From positions 93,460 through 157,459 of the forward strand of contig JBMOLU010000008.1 in NCBI GenBank assembly GCA_049325275.1: 64,000 bases of DNA. Direction: 5' to 3'. Under the pieces are notes generated by a model. That model ran no database searches. It had not been told where the DNA came from and saw only the letters and a list, made by a program, of their open reading frames with translations. This document shows, in pieces, positions 62,495 to 64,000 of this stretch (position 1 is its first letter; the number at the start of each line of letters is the position of its first letter). The DNA comes from Chloroflexota bacterium (GTDB taxonomy: Bacteria > Chloroflexota > Anaerolineae > Anaerolineales > UBA4823). The translations under genes were made by a program, and so were the position numbers.

Positions 62495-64000
62495 TCACGA
62501 ACCGGAAGCGCCAGACTTTGCTCGCTGCAAGCCAACCTGGGCAACGACAACAGCCGCATAACATGCCGCGGCGATATAAAAGTTTACCGAAATACCTGCG
62601 TAAATGGAGATAAGAACGGCCAGCGCAGAACAAAAGACACCGAAAATGCCGTTCAAAGCCCAGTACCATGGCGTCTCTTCGCGTGCGATCGACTTCGTCA
62701 AACGCATACCCGTAGGAAAGAACAAACCCATCATCAACCCGATGGGGAAAGTCACCGCCACCGATACGAGCACCTTCACGAGAAAAGGCGCCGCAACCAT
62801 GGCAGGAAGCAAAGCCTTCAGGAAAAAGCTAAGGGCAAGAATGCTCAGCGCGGTAAGAATGGGGTATACATAGGCCCCGGGAGGCCGCGTCAAAGGCAAC
62901 CTGTCGCTGAGCAGGCTGCCAACTCCGGCACTTGCAATCAATGTAAAAAGGAGAATACCCAAAGCATACATCGGATGACTGAGCAGGACAGTAAGTTTTT
63001 GTATCAGAGCAATCTCTGCCAACATAAATCCCGCACCAATCAGTGAGAAATACAAGGCGCCAGACCACAACGTGCGCGTGGGCACCGTGCTCTTGAACCC
63101 CATGCTGGTCCGGATAGCCAAGGGACGCACGACCGTGTAAATGCTAAGAAGGGCTAAGTTCAACACCAGGCCCAGTAACATCAGCGTAGCAATCAGGTTG
63201 CCTCTGATGACACCATTCGTACTTTTTGCCATGATGCCCAGGTTGTCAAGGCGCAGCATGTTGAAAAAATAGGGGCTTTCGTAGGTTGGCGGCTCATAGT
63301 TTAACGCCACATTCTCGATCGCAGCCGACAAGTCGGCCCGTGTTTTGGCAGAGACGATTTTGTTCAACACCGGGTCAGCAGAAGGATGGCCCGGAAGCAA
63401 AACCACGTCGAACTTCAGTTCTTCGCTTACCGCAACCAATTTCGCCACATCCTCTTGCGTAAACGGTCGCCGGCTCACCAACAGCGTAGACAGATCGTAT
63501 GTCGTTTCACGGTCGTCTCCCACGGTAATCACGGCAATGTGCCTGGAAGGGTCTTGGACCCCCTGGTTCAACAGCGCAGCAACGGCCAGACTGACAGTTC
63601 GCCCGCTTTCATCGACCTGATTGGCGCTATACCAGCGGCTTACCGTGAAAACGCCATTCTCTTCGAGCCTTTGCAGGAATAACTCCCACGCCTCGAGGGT
63701 ATACAAAGAATTCTCGGAGAGCGAAAAAGCGCCTGCACCGGTTGCCGCCCACGTATCTACGAGCGACATCTGGATGACGGCGTATTTTTCAGGGTTTTGC
63801 AGCAAGTAGCTCCTCGCTTCAGCGACGACCAAAGTCACACCCGGATGCTCGGAAAGCCCGGCAAATTCGGCAAAATCATTTTCCAGCAGGTCAACCAGGA
63901 TGGGATTGATTTCGACCCCAACGACTTGTTCGTGCCCAAAGAGGATGGCGCTTTGAATATCTCTACCACCACCAACGCCGATCACCAGGGCTTTGCCGCC
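62495..64000 (-). CDS. Spermidine-synthase-like / class I SAM-binding membrane protein; 5' end beyond the window
   Basis: ALVIGVGGGRD, VGVEINP, AEARSYL, ENSLYTLEA, then multi-TM C-terminus (YFSLIGAGFMLAEI, WALNG.FGV). Confidence 0.8.
   Translation of the reverse strand, partial: GGKALVIGVGGGRDIQSAILFGHEQVVGVEINPILVDLLENDFAEFAGLSEHPGVTLVVAEARSYLLQNPEKYAVIQMSLVDTWAATGAGAFSLSENSLYTLEAWELFLQRLEENGVFTVSRWYSANQVDESGRTVSLAVAALLNQGVQDPSRHIAVITVGDDRETTYDLSTLLVSRRPFTQEDVAKLVAVSEELKFDVVLLPGHPSADPVLNKIVSAKTRADLSAAIENVALNYEPPTYESPYFFNMLRLDNLGIMAKSTNGVIRGNLIATLMLLGLVLNLALLSIYTVVRPLAIRTSMGFKSTVPTRTLWSGALYFSLIGAGFMLAEIALIQKLTVLLSHPMYALGILLFTLIASAGVGSLLSDRLPLTRPPGAYVYPILTALSILALSFFLKALLPAMVAAPFLVKVLVSVAVTFPIGLMMGLFFPTGMRLTKSIAREETPWYWALNGIFGVFCSALAVLISIYAGISVNFYIAAACYAAVVVAQVGLQRAKSGASGS

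Noticed and set aside
1-64000. rRNA, tRNA, integrase, transposase, prophage or defence genes
   Set aside because: None recognised in the ORFs or intergenic regions.

Overview
This is a GC-rich bacterial window. Its gene content, especially the abundant GAF proteins ending in ENARL motifs and a secreted protein with a C-terminal F-L-x-x-V-x-R tail, points to Chloroflexota, probably Anaerolineae (inference). No rRNA, tRNA, CRISPR array or transposase was seen. Left to right: (1) 1-13.7 kb, a minus-strand signalling operon with two stand-alone receivers, a small GAF protein, four membrane Cache/CHASE4-HAMP-GAF receptors with no catalytic output, and a LacI-type ligand-binding/PAS sensor running off the left edge; (2) prs, a type-2 glycerate kinase and a DUF355 kinase; (3) rpmF-fabD-fabG-asp23-nusB-tatB-tatC, a membrane protein and a lipoprotein; (4) an FGE-like lipoprotein, an M28 peptidase, an FmdB zinc ribbon, a CPA1 antiporter, a membrane protein, a radical SAM pair, a creatininase-family enzyme and a LacI repressor with a visible promoter and operator; (5) a CBS / IT-permease / PII-like / CaCA module plus a second IT permease; (6) amt, a small membrane protein, two APC permeases, a GNAT, a PP2C, a Ser/Thr kinase and glnA; (7) a cluster of seven GT-C-type membrane glycosyltransferases around a polyprenol-phosphate mannose synthase, plus a spermidine-synthase-like membrane protein cut by the right edge. 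The strongest novelty candidates are the output-less receptor array with an apparently split or permuted terminal GAF, the nitrogen cluster with a kinase/phosphatase and no GlnK, the GT-C array, and a small MITE-like repeat family. Family names come from motif recognition, not database searches.
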